In this document: positions 18,413 through 28,018 of the stretch, one piece after another
Layout: every line of letters begins with the position of its first letter
Position numbering within the stretch: the first letter of the stretch is position 1
Assembly (NCBI GenBank): GCA_029821635.1
Contig: JALGSW010000003.1
Location: 7,650 to 71,649, forward strand
From: Candidatus Zipacnadia bacterium
Lineage (GTDB): Bacteria; Armatimonadota; Zipacnadia; Zipacnadales; UBA5352
Direction of reading: 5' to 3'
Length of the DNA: 64,000 nt
The notes under the pieces: generated by a model
Databases searched by the model: none
What the model saw: the letters and a program-made list of their open reading frames with translations, nothing else
Told to the model about the DNA's origin: nothing
Program-made: the position numbers and the translations under genes

Positions 18413-21168
18413 GCTACGCCCGGCTCGGTGCGATCTGTCTGCTGGCAGTGCTGCTGGCGACCGCCGCAAGCGCAGACGGCATTTCGCGCCTCGTGGAGTA
18501 CCGCTCGCCGCTGGACGACTCGCTGCAGGCTTACGGCGTGTACGTTCCGGACTCGCCGCCGCCCGGCGACGCGGGCTACCCCGCGGTGCTGCACGGCCAC
18601 GGCTACGGATGGTCTGTCGGCACGCGCTTCAGCAGCTTCCAGCGGGAGTGGGCCGGCCGCCACGGCTGGGTGCTGATTCACCTCAACGCACGCGGCCCCA
18701 ACTTCTACGAGGGCGTGGGCGATTACGAGACGCTGCGCGTGGTCGATGACGCCGCCGAGCGCTTCGGCCTCGACCTCGATCGCATCTACATGACCGGCGG
18801 TTCGATGGGCGGGACCGGAGCACTGCGCCTCGGTCTGCGCCACCCCGACGTGTTCGCGGCGGTCATGGGCGTCGATGGCTGGACCGACTACCGCCTCTGG
18901 CACAAGCACTGGTACGCGCGGACCGATGCCGTCGATCAGATCGAGGAGTTCCGGCGACCGCTGCTGCAGGCCGCCTCGCCGCTCTACTGGGCCGAGCGGG
19001 GTGAGCTGGGCGCCACCGGGCACATCGTGGACGGGAGTGACACAGTCGTTTGGCCGGAGAACGGAATTCGGCTCTACGAGCACCTCCGCCAGCTCGCGAT
19101 GCAGGAGCCAGCGGGCTACGATCAGCGGATCATCCTCAACCCCAAGCTGGGCCACGGGCGCGGCACCGACTACGTGGCTATCTACGACTTCTTCCGCGGC
19201 CGTCGGCGCGTCACCGATCCCCGTGGCTTCCACGTGCAGACGATCATCCTGCCGCATGGCGAGCTCTACTGGGGGCGCATCGATGAGTTCCTGATCGACG
19301 GCATCTCCGGCACCCTCCGCACGGAGGCCGACGGCGAGCTGATCACCGCGCGGACGCAGAACCTCGCGGGCTTTACGCTCTTCCTGCGCGCGAGCCCGGC
19401 CGCCGAGCGCGACTGCGTGCGCGTCTACGCCGACGGCTTCCCCGCCTACCAGGGCCCGCCCCGCACGGTCACGCTGCAGGCCGAACTCGACGAGGCCGGC
19501 GCGATCGTGGGCTGGAGGCCCGCCGAGGCTCGGGAGGGACCGGCGGTGGAGCCGGTCAAGCGTCCGGAACTCGCCGGGCCCATCGGCGACGCGTTCCTGC
19601 GGCCCTTCGCGGTCGCGTGGTCCACGGACGGCCCGGCGGGTGAGGTCGCGCGCCATCGGATCGAGGCCGAGCAGTTCGCGCGTGACTGGAACTCGTTCAT
19701 GGTGCACGGGCCGGGCATGGAGGCCGTGCCGGAGGGCGAGCTAACCCCGGCGGAGCTGGACTCGCACACGCTGGTGATCTTCGGCAGCCTCGACACGAGC
19801 GCGCTGCTGCGCCGGGCCGACAGGGCGCGCCCATTCCCGGTGCGCGTGCTCGGCGACGGTGTGATCGTCCGCGACCGGCTGCACGGCGACCGGCACTACG
19901 TTGGCGAGCAGTTCGGCGCGATGCTCTGCGTCCCCAACCCGCTGACCGACTTCACCACCTACATCGTGGTCGCGAACCGCCGCGTCTTCACGCGGCCCGA
20001 CGGCGGTGTGCCGCAACTTTTCGCGTACGACCTGGAGAAGCTCCCGTGGGCCTACCCCGACTACGTGGTCTTCAACAACGATCAGGCCGAGCTGCCCTTC
20101 GTACTGAACGTCAACAACAAGCCGCCGGTCACCTGCTACGAGGCGGCCTACTTCGTCGAAGCGGGCTTCTTCGACGACCGCTGGGAGACCGACCACGCGC
20201 AGCAGCTCCGTCGCGTGCGCGCGCAAGAGCCCGAAGAACACCGGCTCGCGCACATCGCCGAAGTTGGGCTCGCCGAGCGCGACGGCGCGCCCGGCGCGTC
20301 GGTGCGCATCGTTGACGCCGCAGGCGCGCCGGTACCCACCGCAAGGGTGACCGGGCGCTGGTGGGGCGCTCAGGAGGCGGGCGCGTCTGCGTCCGCGGAC
20401 GAGGACGGGCGGGTGTGGTTTGCCGCGCCGCGTGCGGGCCCGGTTGAGCGCCAGGCGTTCGAGGTCGTGAGCGTGATGGCGACCGGTTGCACCTGGGACT
20501 GGACCGCCGATGTAGCGCGGCGTCTTGCCCCCAGCACGCAGTCGCCCGGACAGCTCGACCTCGCGGTCCTGAGCGATCGGCCAGCAGTCGCGCCCGACGG
20601 TGCGGTCACGCTGAAGCTGGCGGCGTACAACGCGGGTCCCGCCTCGCGGCGGGTTCGAGTCAGCCTGTCCGCTCCCTCGGGACGCGTGGCGCTCGAACAC
20701 CAGGACGTGACGCTCCCACCAGGCGGGAGGGCGGAGGCGCAGTTCACGTGGTGGCCGGAGGGCCGCGAGGCAGGCCCGGTGGACCTGCGGGCGACGGTGC
20801 AGGCGCTCGGCGAGGGCTCCTCTGCCTCCTGTGAGCGCCCGGTGCCGGTCACGGTGCTGTCGGGGATGGGCATCCCGGTGCTGGTGCTCGACGTGAAGCC
20901 TGTCGATCAGGACTACGCCGGGCCGTGGCGGGTGAATGCCACGCTGCGCAACATCGACAGTGAGCGCGCGGTCGAGGTCATCGCCCATTGCGCGATCATG
21001 GAGGCCAGATGCTATCCCGCGGCGAAGAGTGCGCTCATCGAGCCGGGCGGGACGGCGACGGTGACGTGGGACGGGCCGGGGCCGCTGCCGAAGGGCGATC
21101 ACACCGTGCGGGTCACGGTCGAGGGTGCGCGCGGGGCTACCGCCACGGGCAAGCTGGCCGTCCGCTGA
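18409..21168 (+). CDS. Secreted alpha/beta-hydrolase (S9 peptidase/esterase-like) with C-terminal beta-sandwich domains
   Basis: Signal peptide, LHGHG, DRIYMTGGSMGG (GxSxG), LGHG. ATGA overlap with the upstream gene. Confidence 0.75.
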   Translation: MSYARLGAICLLAVLLATAASADGISRLVEYRSPLDDSLQAYGVYVPDSPPPGDAGYPAVLHGHGYGWSVGTRFSSFQREWAGRHGWVLIHLNARGPNFYEGVGDYETLRVVDDAAERFGLDLDRIYMTGGSMGGTGALRLGLRHPDVFAAVMGVDGWTDYRLWHKHWYARTDAVDQIEEFRRPLLQAASPLYWAERGELGATGHIVDGSDTVVWPENGIRLYEHLRQLAMQEPAGYDQRIILNPKLGHGRGTDYVAIYDFFRGRRRVTDPRGFHVQTIILPHGELYWGRIDEFLIDGISGTLRTEADGELITARTQNLAGFTLFLRASPAAERDCVRVYADGFPAYQGPPRTVTLQAELDEAGAIVGWRPAEAREGPAVEPVKRPELAGPIGDAFLRPFAVAWSTDGPAGEVARHRIEAEQFARDWNSFMVHGPGMEAVPEGELTPAELDSHTLVIFGSLDTSALLRRADRARPFPVRVLGDGVIVRDRLHGDRHYVGEQFGAMLCVPNPLTDFTTYIVVANRRVFTRPDGGVPQLFAYDLEKLPWAYPDYVVFNNDQAELPFVLNVNNKPPVTCYEAAYFVEAGFFDDRWETDHAQQLRRVRAQEPEEHRLAHIAEVGLAERDGAPGASVRIVDAAGAPVPTARVTGRWWGAQEAGASASADEDGRVWFAAPRAGPVERQAFEVVSVMATGCTWDWTADVARRLAPSTQSPGQLDLAVLSDRPAVAPDGAVTLKLAAYNAGPASRRVRVSLSAPSGRVALEHQDVTLPPGGRAEAQFTWWPEGREAGPVDLRATVQALGEGSSASCERPVPVTVLSGMGIPVLVLDVKPVDQDYAGPWRVNATLRNIDSERAVEVIAHCAIMEARCYPAAKSALIEPGGTATVTWDGPGPLPKGDHTVRVTVEGARGATATGKLAVR

Positions 21169-21214
21169 CTGCAATCACGGCGCGCGCGAGCGCGCGGAGA
21201 CTGGAGCGGGAACG

Positions 21215-22351
21215 ATGATGACGCGACTGCCGGGGGCTTCGATCGCTGCGCTGACGGTGGCTGCGCTGATACTGGCCATGCCTGCGCTGTGCGCGCCGGT
21301 GCTGCAGCAGATGGCGCAGTCGGGCGCCACTGAGCTGGTCATCTACACGGGCTCATCGAAGGCCGTTGTCCGACAGCAGTCGGCGGTGCGGCTGAGCGAG
21401 GGCGCGAACACCGTGGGCTTCGAGTGGGCGACCGACAGCCTCGATGCGGCGTCGATCCGCCTGCACGGTGGCGAGGCACTGACCGTCGGCGAGGTCAGCC
21501 GCCCCGCGGGCCAGGCGCGGACGCTGCAGTGGAGCGTGGTCGCGCCGCAGGCCGGCAACTACGCGCTCACCACCAGCTTCCTGCTGTCCGGGCTAAAGTG
21601 GAGCGCCGACTACCGACTGGTTCGCTCGCCGCAGTGGCCCGCCGCGATGCTCAGCGGCTGGATCACGGTCTCGAACGAGAGTGGCCTCGACCTGCAGAAC
21701 GTGCGGGCGTCGCTGGTCCTCGGACGGTCGGGCGCGGGGGCCGATGGCATCGAGCAGGCGGTCTTCCCGATCCCCGAACTGCGCGAGCTGCCCAGGGGCG
21801 CGTCCGTCCGTGCGGTCTTCCTGCGCCCGATCGAGCTGCCGGTCTGGACGATCCATCGCATCGACGCCGAGGCGGCCCCCGAGCGCGTCGCGAAGCTGCT
21901 TGAGGTACAGCCGCCCACCGAGGGCGCTCTGGCACGCACGAGCCTGCCGAGCGGCCCGATGAGTGTGCTGGACCCGGGCGGGGTCGTGCGGACGACGTTG
22001 AGCTACGAGCCGGGCGAGTCGTTCGAGGTCGCGCTGGGCAACGAGCGGGACATCACCGTCAAGCGCCGATTGCTCGAGCGCAAGAAGAGCGACGTTCAGT
22101 TCGACCGCGTTGGCCAGGTGAGCGGCCTCGACACCACGGAGCGCTACGAGGTGGCCGTGCGCAGTCACCTTGGCGAGGCGATCGAGGTCGAGATGCTGGA
22201 GACGGTGCTGGCGACGTGGGAGATCAAGGCCGACGCCCCGTACGTGCTCGAGGATGGCACGGCAGAGCTACGGCTGGGCCTCCCCGCACGCGGCGAGAGC
22301 GTGGTTCAGTTCACGATCATCAAGCACTCAGGCACGCGTATTCCGAAGTAG
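21215..22351 (+). CDS. DUF4139-like secreted protein
   Basis: Signal peptide, LVIYTGS...VVRQ, GLKWSADYRL, GWITVSNESG...NVRASLVLG, RYEVAVRSH patterns. Confidence 0.7.
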   Translation: MMTRLPGASIAALTVAALILAMPALCAPVLQQMAQSGATELVIYTGSSKAVVRQQSAVRLSEGANTVGFEWATDSLDAASIRLHGGEALTVGEVSRPAGQARTLQWSVVAPQAGNYALTTSFLLSGLKWSADYRLVRSPQWPAAMLSGWITVSNESGLDLQNVRASLVLGRSGAGADGIEQAVFPIPELRELPRGASVRAVFLRPIELPVWTIHRIDAEAAPERVAKLLEVQPPTEGALARTSLPSGPMSVLDPGGVVRTTLSYEPGESFEVALGNERDITVKRRLLERKKSDVQFDRVGQVSGLDTTERYEVAVRSHLGEAIEVEMLETVLATWEIKADAPYVLEDGTAELRLGLPARGESVVQFTIIKHSGTRIPK

Positions 22352-22360
22352 CCTGGCTCC

Positions 22361-22450
22361 AGAACGACAGCGGCGACGGCCACTCAGGCCGTCGCCGTTT
22401 CTGTCGTTCTCTGTCGTTATCCGCCGTTCACTGTCGTTATCTGCCGTATC
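22361..22450. terminator. Long hairpin plus degenerate 10-bp tandem repeats between convergent genes
   Basis: AGAACGACAG-CGGCGACGGC/GCCGTCGCCG-TTT-CTGTCGTTCT stem, then ctgtcgttct ctgtcgttat ccgccgttca ctgtcgttat ctgccgtatc. Confidence 0.55.
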
Positions 22451-23369
22451 ACGACATCTCGATATTGACGTCGTCCGCGACGCCGCCGAGGATCGTGTAG
22501 TCGGTGCGCACCTCCTGCAGGATCGAGCCCGGGATGAACTTGCTGATCGGGCCGTGGGCGACGAGGCGGGCGATGAAGCGCTGCCAGCTCATCGGCGTCG
22601 CCGGGCCGCACATGCCATCCAACCAGAAGCTGCGGTGCTTCGCGCCGAGGATGTCGGCGGGGGCGATCGTCGCGGCCTTGGGCGGCACCCACGACCAGTC
22701 GCCACCGAAGCTGTGCAGAGCGTTTTGAATGATCGTCAGGGGTGTCAGCTCGACGATACGCGCGGTCGCCGCCTTGTAGTCCTCGATGGTGTCGAACTCA
22801 GCGCCCAGGCTCGACTCCCAGAACGCGATGTGCCCGCACCAGCCGATGCCGCCGTAGCAGCAGTCGGCGCCGCCGGTGTCGGCGATCATCTTCGAGTAGC
22901 CGTTGATGTTGCCGCTGTCGGGGAAGTGGATGTTCTCGTCCTTCGGCCGCAGGTTCTCGTCGATGCGCCCGAAGAAGTTCGCCCACATCGCCGTCGCGAA
23001 CGAGCCCTCCCACTCGGCGGGAGCGGTCTGGCCGTTCTCATCGGCGTACTCATCCATGTTGAAGGTGATGAGGTGGCTGCAGTCGATGCCCATGTTGTTG
23101 ATGATCGTGGCCGCCACCGCGTACTGCGGGACCGGGCCGACCGGGAGGATCATCACGCACTCACGGCCCTCCTCGGCCGCGTCCACGATCCGCTTCACGA
23201 TGTCCGTGGCGAAGCGACCGTAGAACTCGGAGATGTCCTCGACCACCCGGATCTGGAAGTCCGGATTGTCATGCTTGGTGATCTCTTCCTTGGTGATGGC
23301 GCGGACGCGAGCGCACTCCTCGGCGTCCTGGAAGTCAATGAACTTCGATAGCGCCGGCATGAAAGCCAT
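22449..23369 (-). CDS. Glucosamine-6-phosphate isomerase/deaminase (NagB-like) family protein
   Basis: ILPVGPVPQY, TFNMDEY, GGIGWCGHIAFWE. AAGGAGG RBS. Confidence 0.8.
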   Translation of the reverse strand: MAFMPALSKFIDFQDAEECARVRAITKEEITKHDNPDFQIRVVEDISEFYGRFATDIVKRIVDAAEEGRECVMILPVGPVPQYAVAATIINNMGIDCSHLITFNMDEYADENGQTAPAEWEGSFATAMWANFFGRIDENLRPKDENIHFPDSGNINGYSKMIADTGGADCCYGGIGWCGHIAFWESSLGAEFDTIEDYKAATARIVELTPLTIIQNALHSFGGDWSWVPPKAATIAPADILGAKHRSFWLDGMCGPATPMSWQRFIARLVAHGPISKFIPGSILQEVRTDYTILGGVADDVNIEMS

Positions 23370-23486
23370 CGATGTGCCCTCCTTGAAGCTGGCCTGAGCC
23401 ACGTTGGCTGTGCGAGCAGACTGGCTGTGTGCTCACAGGCGATTCGCCCTGCCGCGGCGAAAGACCTCCATCGCAGCGCCATTCCC

Positions 23487-24194
23487 ATGCGCGAGGTGCG
23501 TTCGGTGTTCCTCACTCACAAGCCGCAGAACAGCGACCTCGTCGAGCGCCTCGATCCGGGCTACTGGCGGCCTGAGTACGACGAGGTGCTCGCGCAGTGC
23601 CGCGCACCGCTGGAGCCGCTCGACTCATTCATCACGCACATCACCTACGGCGCGATCGTCACCGGGCGCGAGCCGCCACTGGACGCCGATGGGCCCTTCA
23701 TGATCGGCCAGGGCGCGCTCCGGCACAGCGGCGTGGACTTGAGCGACTGCCCCCGCATCGACGCGGACTCTCCGTGGGTGCTGGCACGCACGGCGGTCCA
23801 GGACGGCGACTTGCTCATCGCCCGCTCGGGCAGCGGCTCGCTGGAGAGGAACCGCCTCGCGGTCTATCACGCGCACGATACGGCTGTGGTTGATTGCTGG
23901 GTGGACATCGTGCGCCTGGAGGGCATCGACCCGGATTTCGTCGCCGCGTTCCTCAAGACGCGCTTCGGCTGGGCGCAGATCCATCGGCTCATCAACGGCG
24001 TCGGCCCGGCGAACCTCAGCTTCGATGAGATCCGTTCGCTGCGTGTCCCCGGGGCGAATGAGGGCCTGCAGCGCGAGATCTCCGAGCGCTACGCAGACGA
24101 AGTGAGTCGCGCGCATGCAGCCGCGGAGTACGACGCAGCCTTGGAGGCCATGCGTGCGCTTGTCCGCGATCTTGAGGCGCGCCTCGGTGGGTAG
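23487..24194 (+). CDS. Single-TRD restriction-modification specificity (HsdS-like) protein
   Basis: ERLDPGYWRPEY, ITYG, GDLLIARSGS, PDFVAAFLKT, NLSFDEIRSLRVP...LQREI, then a C-terminal helix. This is one target recognition domain. Confidence 0.72.
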   Translation: MREVRSVFLTHKPQNSDLVERLDPGYWRPEYDEVLAQCRAPLEPLDSFITHITYGAIVTGREPPLDADGPFMIGQGALRHSGVDLSDCPRIDADSPWVLARTAVQDGDLLIARSGSGSLERNRLAVYHAHDTAVVDCWVDIVRLEGIDPDFVAAFLKTRFGWAQIHRLINGVGPANLSFDEIRSLRVPGANEGLQREISERYADEVSRAHAAAEYDAALEAMRALVRDLEARLGG

Positions 24195-24364
24195 ACGCGG
24201 AGCCGCCGTTTGGAGCGACGCATCTGCCGTTTAGATGCGTCGACCGTTGCCGTTGCCTTTGCTTTCGTACGCAGGTCTCGCCGTCCCCGTTGCGAACTAT
24301 CCCTCCAGTCATCAGACCGGGCTCGGGCTTCGAGTCCGGAAGCCCGGAGAGGGAGGCCCCAACC

Positions 24365-25339
24365 ATGGCCGTGAAGATAGGCTTTGTCGGATGCGGTGGC
24401 ATCGCCAACGCGCACATGAACAACCTCGCGAAGATCGAGAACGCCCAGATGGTGGCGTTCAGCGACATCGTCGAGGAGAAGGCCCAGGCGGCCGCCGACA
24501 AGTTCGGTGGCGCGTCGTTCGGCGCGGATTACGCGAAGATGTACGAAGAGGCCGGTCTCGACGCGGTCTACGTCTGCCTGCCGCCTTTCGCGCATGAGGA
24601 CCAGGAGCTGCTGGCCGTCGATGCCGGACTGCCCCTGTTCGTGGAGAAGCCGATCGCGCTGTCGATGGACAAGGCGCGCGAGATCGAGGCCGCGATCGCC
24701 GACGCGGGCGTCATCAACTGCTCCGCCTACCACTGGCGCACCCACGACACCGCGAAGTGGGCGATGGAGGCCCTCGCGGGCGACCGGATCGGCCTCGTAC
24801 TCGGCTGGTGGATGGGCGGGCTGCCCGGCGTCATGTGGTGGCGCCAGCAGGACATGTCCGGCGGGCAGATCCTCGAGCAGACCACGCACATCATCGACAT
24901 GGCCCGCTACATCGCCGGCGACGTCGAGCGCGTCTCGGCGGAGATGGCGCTGCGCGTCATGACCGACGTGGAGAAGATCTCCGTGCCGGACGTCGGCACC
25001 GTCAACCTGCGCTTCGAGACCGGCGCGATCGGGAACATCACGAACTCCTGCATCCCGCCCGGCTGGAAGAACGGTCTCGTGGTCATCGGCGAGAAGAAGA
25101 CCGTGATCTTCGACCAGTTCAACTTCGAACTGCGCAGCTCGTCGGGCACCGAGACGAAGACCTTCCAGCCGATCGCGGCGCACTTCCGCGAGAGCGTGCT
25201 GTTCGTGGACGCCGTCGAGCAGAACGATCAGTCGCTGATCCTCTCGGACTACGCCAACGGCGTGAAGTCGCTGGCCGTGAGCATCGCGGCCAACGAATCG
25301 GCCGTCAGCGGCGCGCCGATCATGCTCAGTGACGTCTGA
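24365..25339 (+). CDS. Gfo/Idh/MocA family oxidoreductase
   Basis: IGFVGCGGIA, FVEKP, EQTTHIID. GGGAGG RBS. Confidence 0.92.
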   Translation: MAVKIGFVGCGGIANAHMNNLAKIENAQMVAFSDIVEEKAQAAADKFGGASFGADYAKMYEEAGLDAVYVCLPPFAHEDQELLAVDAGLPLFVEKPIALSMDKAREIEAAIADAGVINCSAYHWRTHDTAKWAMEALAGDRIGLVLGWWMGGLPGVMWWRQQDMSGGQILEQTTHIIDMARYIAGDVERVSAEMALRVMTDVEKISVPDVGTVNLRFETGAIGNITNSCIPPGWKNGLVVIGEKKTVIFDQFNFELRSSSGTETKTFQPIAAHFRESVLFVDAVEQNDQSLILSDYANGVKSLAVSIAANESAVSGAPIMLSDV

Positions 25340-25438
25340 GCGCCCGGGAAGCGGGCATGAGGCATCGGGCATCGGGAACGGCGGAGAGGTCGCTTCCGAT
25401 GCCCCTCGATTTCACCGACGAAGCAGCAGGGAGACGCG

Positions 25439-26161
25439 ATGACGACAGAAACCGAGCTGCGAGAGGCCATCTGCGAGGTCGGGCGGCGCATGTGGGTGCG
25501 CTCGCAGGTAGCCGCCAACGACGGCAACATCAGTGTGCGGATGGCCGATGGCAACATACTTGTCACGCCCACACTCGTCTCGAAGGGCTTCATGCAGCCC
25601 GACGAGATCGTCAAGCTCACCGCCGACGGACGCCTGCTCGGGCCGGGCAAGCCCTCCTCGGAGGCCCTGCTGCACCTGGCGTGCTTCTGCGCCCGGCGCG
25701 ACATCGGCGCGGTCGTGCACGCGCACCCGCCGTACGCCACGGCCTTCGCGGCGCTCGGCAAGCCCGTGCCGACGCAGTACCTCACGGAGATCGCGGTGGC
25801 GCTGTGGGAGGTGCCGTGCGCCGAGTACGCAAGGCCCGGCACACTGGAGGTCCCCGAGAGCGCGCTGCCGATGCTCGCGACCGCCGATGCCTTCCTGCTG
25901 CGCAACCACGGCGTGGTGACCGTCGGCCGCGACCTGTGGGAGGCCTACTACCGCATGGAGACCGTCGAGCAGGGGGCGAAGGTCGCGACGATCATCGCCG
26001 GGCTCGGCGGCGCGGTGACCTTCGATGAGGAGCAGCTCCGCGATCTCGCCGCGATCCGCAACGAGAGCGGCCTCGGAGTGAAGGAAGGCCAGTTTGACCC
26101 GACGGGCTGTATCGAGCGGATTGCGGCAAACTGGGGAAAGCGATGCGGTGATTCCGGATGA
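25439..26161 (+). CDS. Class II aldolase/adducin family protein (fuculose-phosphate aldolase-like)
   Basis: DGNISVR, KPSSEALLH, VVHAHPPYA, LRNHGVV. Confidence 0.92.
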   Translation: MTTETELREAICEVGRRMWVRSQVAANDGNISVRMADGNILVTPTLVSKGFMQPDEIVKLTADGRLLGPGKPSSEALLHLACFCARRDIGAVVHAHPPYATAFAALGKPVPTQYLTEIAVALWEVPCAEYARPGTLEVPESALPMLATADAFLLRNHGVVTVGRDLWEAYYRMETVEQGAKVATIIAGLGGAVTFDEEQLRDLAAIRNESGLGVKEGQFDPTGCIERIAANWGKRCGDSG

Positions 26162-27993
26162 ACAGGTGCAGGTGGGCGGTCATGATCGGTCTCGCTGTGC
26201 TGCTCACGACAGCGGTTGTCTCCGCTGAGGAGGTGCCAGCGATCACTGCTCCGGCGCCCGACTATGACGCGGAAGTCCCCGCGCTGATCGCGGGGGTCGT
26301 CTTCGAGGACACCAACGCCGATGGCCTGCGTGGCGCGGAGGAGCGCGGTGTGCCGGGCGTGTCCGTCAGCGATGGCTTCACGGTGGTCGCCACTAACGAG
26401 GCTGGCCGCTTCGAACTGACGCCCTCGTCGGACGCGGTCTTCGTCGCACTCACCCGCCCGCCCGGCTACGATGTGCAGGGATCGTGGTACGCGCCGCTCG
26501 CGGAAGAGGTCAACTTCGCGCTTGTGCCGACCGACCGCGACCAAGGCGCGTTCACCTTCGTGCACGTCAGCGACAACCACCTCTCCGACCTGGCCGCCTC
26601 CCGTGAGGGCCTGACGCGGTTCGTCGACGAGGTCAACAGCCTCTCCCCGGCTCCGGCGCTCGTCTTCAACACCGGCGACCTCGTCAACTGCAGCAAGCAG
26701 CTCACCACGCCCGTTGAGGACGCACAGCGCTACTTCGACACGTACGCTGAGATCATGGGCAAGCTCCGCGTGCCCTGGTACAACGTGGCCGGCGACCACT
26801 CCGATGTCGGCTACCGGATGGAGCAGTTCCCGCGTACCGACTTCCGCTGTGGCAAGGCTATGTACTGGGAGCACTTCGGCCCGCACTACTTCTCTTTCGA
26901 GTACGGGAACCTGCACATCGTGAGCATCGACGCAGTCTACAAGGGCGGCGACGATAAGGAGTACAACGAGAAGCGCTGGGGCCGCGCGACGATGCTGCCC
27001 GAGCACCTCGACTGGCTCCGGCAGGACCTCGAGCGCCGCAGCCCCGGAACCATCGTGCTCACCGGCTCCGAGAACCCGTTGAACGACTTCATCCCCGGCT
27101 TCGAGCAGATGGCCGTCAGCCTCCAGCTTGTCGGCGACACGCACGTAGTCTCTTTCCAGGACGGACCGGTGCCCTCCCGGACGGGCGGGGCCTTGAGCGG
27201 CACCTGGTGGAAGGGCGCGTGCGCGGACCTCTCGCCGCAGGGCTACATGATCTACCGGGCAGACGGTGATCAGCTTGACCACTTCTACAAGGGCCTCGGG
27301 CGGCAGATCGAGATCGATCACCCACGTTTCGGCGCGCGCGTGTCGGGCGAAGTCGCCGTGCAGGCACACCTGGCGCAGGGCGACCTCGCCGGGCCGCTGC
27401 AGTTCCGCCTCGGCCATGGCGACTGGCGGCCCATGCAGCGACGCGACGACGCGTTCTACCGCGAGAACTATGAGGGCGCCTTCGACTCGACGGCGCTGCC
27501 CGACGGCATCGTCCAACTCACCGTCCGGGCGGCCGATGGGGCAGAGGAGCGCACCATCCCGCTCGTGATCGACAACAGCGGCGCAGACCTCGCCGCCCCG
27601 GCCGATGCGACGCTGGTGATCGAGCCTGCGGGGCTGATCGGGCTGAACACCAGGCCACGCGGACAGTTCGCGGTGCTCTTCAACGGCAGCGCGGTCGCCA
27701 CCGTCGGCGAGCAGGGGCGCTGCGAGATCGCTATCCCGGCCGAGCGCCTCCAGCGGGTGAACTCCCTGCGCTTCGAGGCCGCCGAGGAGGGCGACGCCAT
27801 GACGATGATGGAGCCGCACCTGATCGTCGGCGACGAGGTGCTCTCCGACCCGCGCCAGGCGGCGATCCGCGAGGTCCGGCTGAACCACTGGACCGCCGAC
27901 ATCGTGGAGCGCGCCGGCACCGTGGTCGGGCCGGGGCGGGAGACCTCATTCGGCGTCAGGCAGGACGAGTTCTGCTTCGTGATCCCTCGCTGA
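26158..27993 (+). CDS. Secreted calcineurin-like metallophosphoesterase with N-terminal SdrD-B-like domain
   Basis: GVVFEDTNADG...GVPGVSVSDG, then SDNH, TGDLV, GDH, GDTH and WW...PQGY motifs. Confidence 0.8.
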   Translation: MNRCRWAVMIGLAVLLTTAVVSAEEVPAITAPAPDYDAEVPALIAGVVFEDTNADGLRGAEERGVPGVSVSDGFTVVATNEAGRFELTPSSDAVFVALTRPPGYDVQGSWYAPLAEEVNFALVPTDRDQGAFTFVHVSDNHLSDLAASREGLTRFVDEVNSLSPAPALVFNTGDLVNCSKQLTTPVEDAQRYFDTYAEIMGKLRVPWYNVAGDHSDVGYRMEQFPRTDFRCGKAMYWEHFGPHYFSFEYGNLHIVSIDAVYKGGDDKEYNEKRWGRATMLPEHLDWLRQDLERRSPGTIVLTGSENPLNDFIPGFEQMAVSLQLVGDTHVVSFQDGPVPSRTGGALSGTWWKGACADLSPQGYMIYRADGDQLDHFYKGLGRQIEIDHPRFGARVSGEVAVQAHLAQGDLAGPLQFRLGHGDWRPMQRRDDAFYRENYEGAFDSTALPDGIVQLTVRAADGAEERTIPLVIDNSGADLAAPADATLVIEPAGLIGLNTRPRGQFAVLFNGSAVATVGEQGRCEIAIPAERLQRVNSLRFEAAEEGDAMTMMEPHLIVGDEVLSDPRQAAIREVRLNHWTADIVERAGTVVGPGRETSFGVRQDEFCFVIPR

Positions 27994-28018
27994 CCGGCCC
28001 GGACGAGGAGGCAGCGCG

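Noticed and set aside
23405-23436. TGGCTGTG direct repeat and CTGTG-N4-CACAG palindrome in the nagB-like/hsdS-like divergent gap
   Set aside because: Too short to be significant at this GC content, and no regulator is nearby to link it to.
24317-24347. TTCGAGTCC resembling a tRNA T-loop
   Set aside because: It is part of a simple nested hairpin before an RBS. No cloverleaf, D-arm or CCA context.
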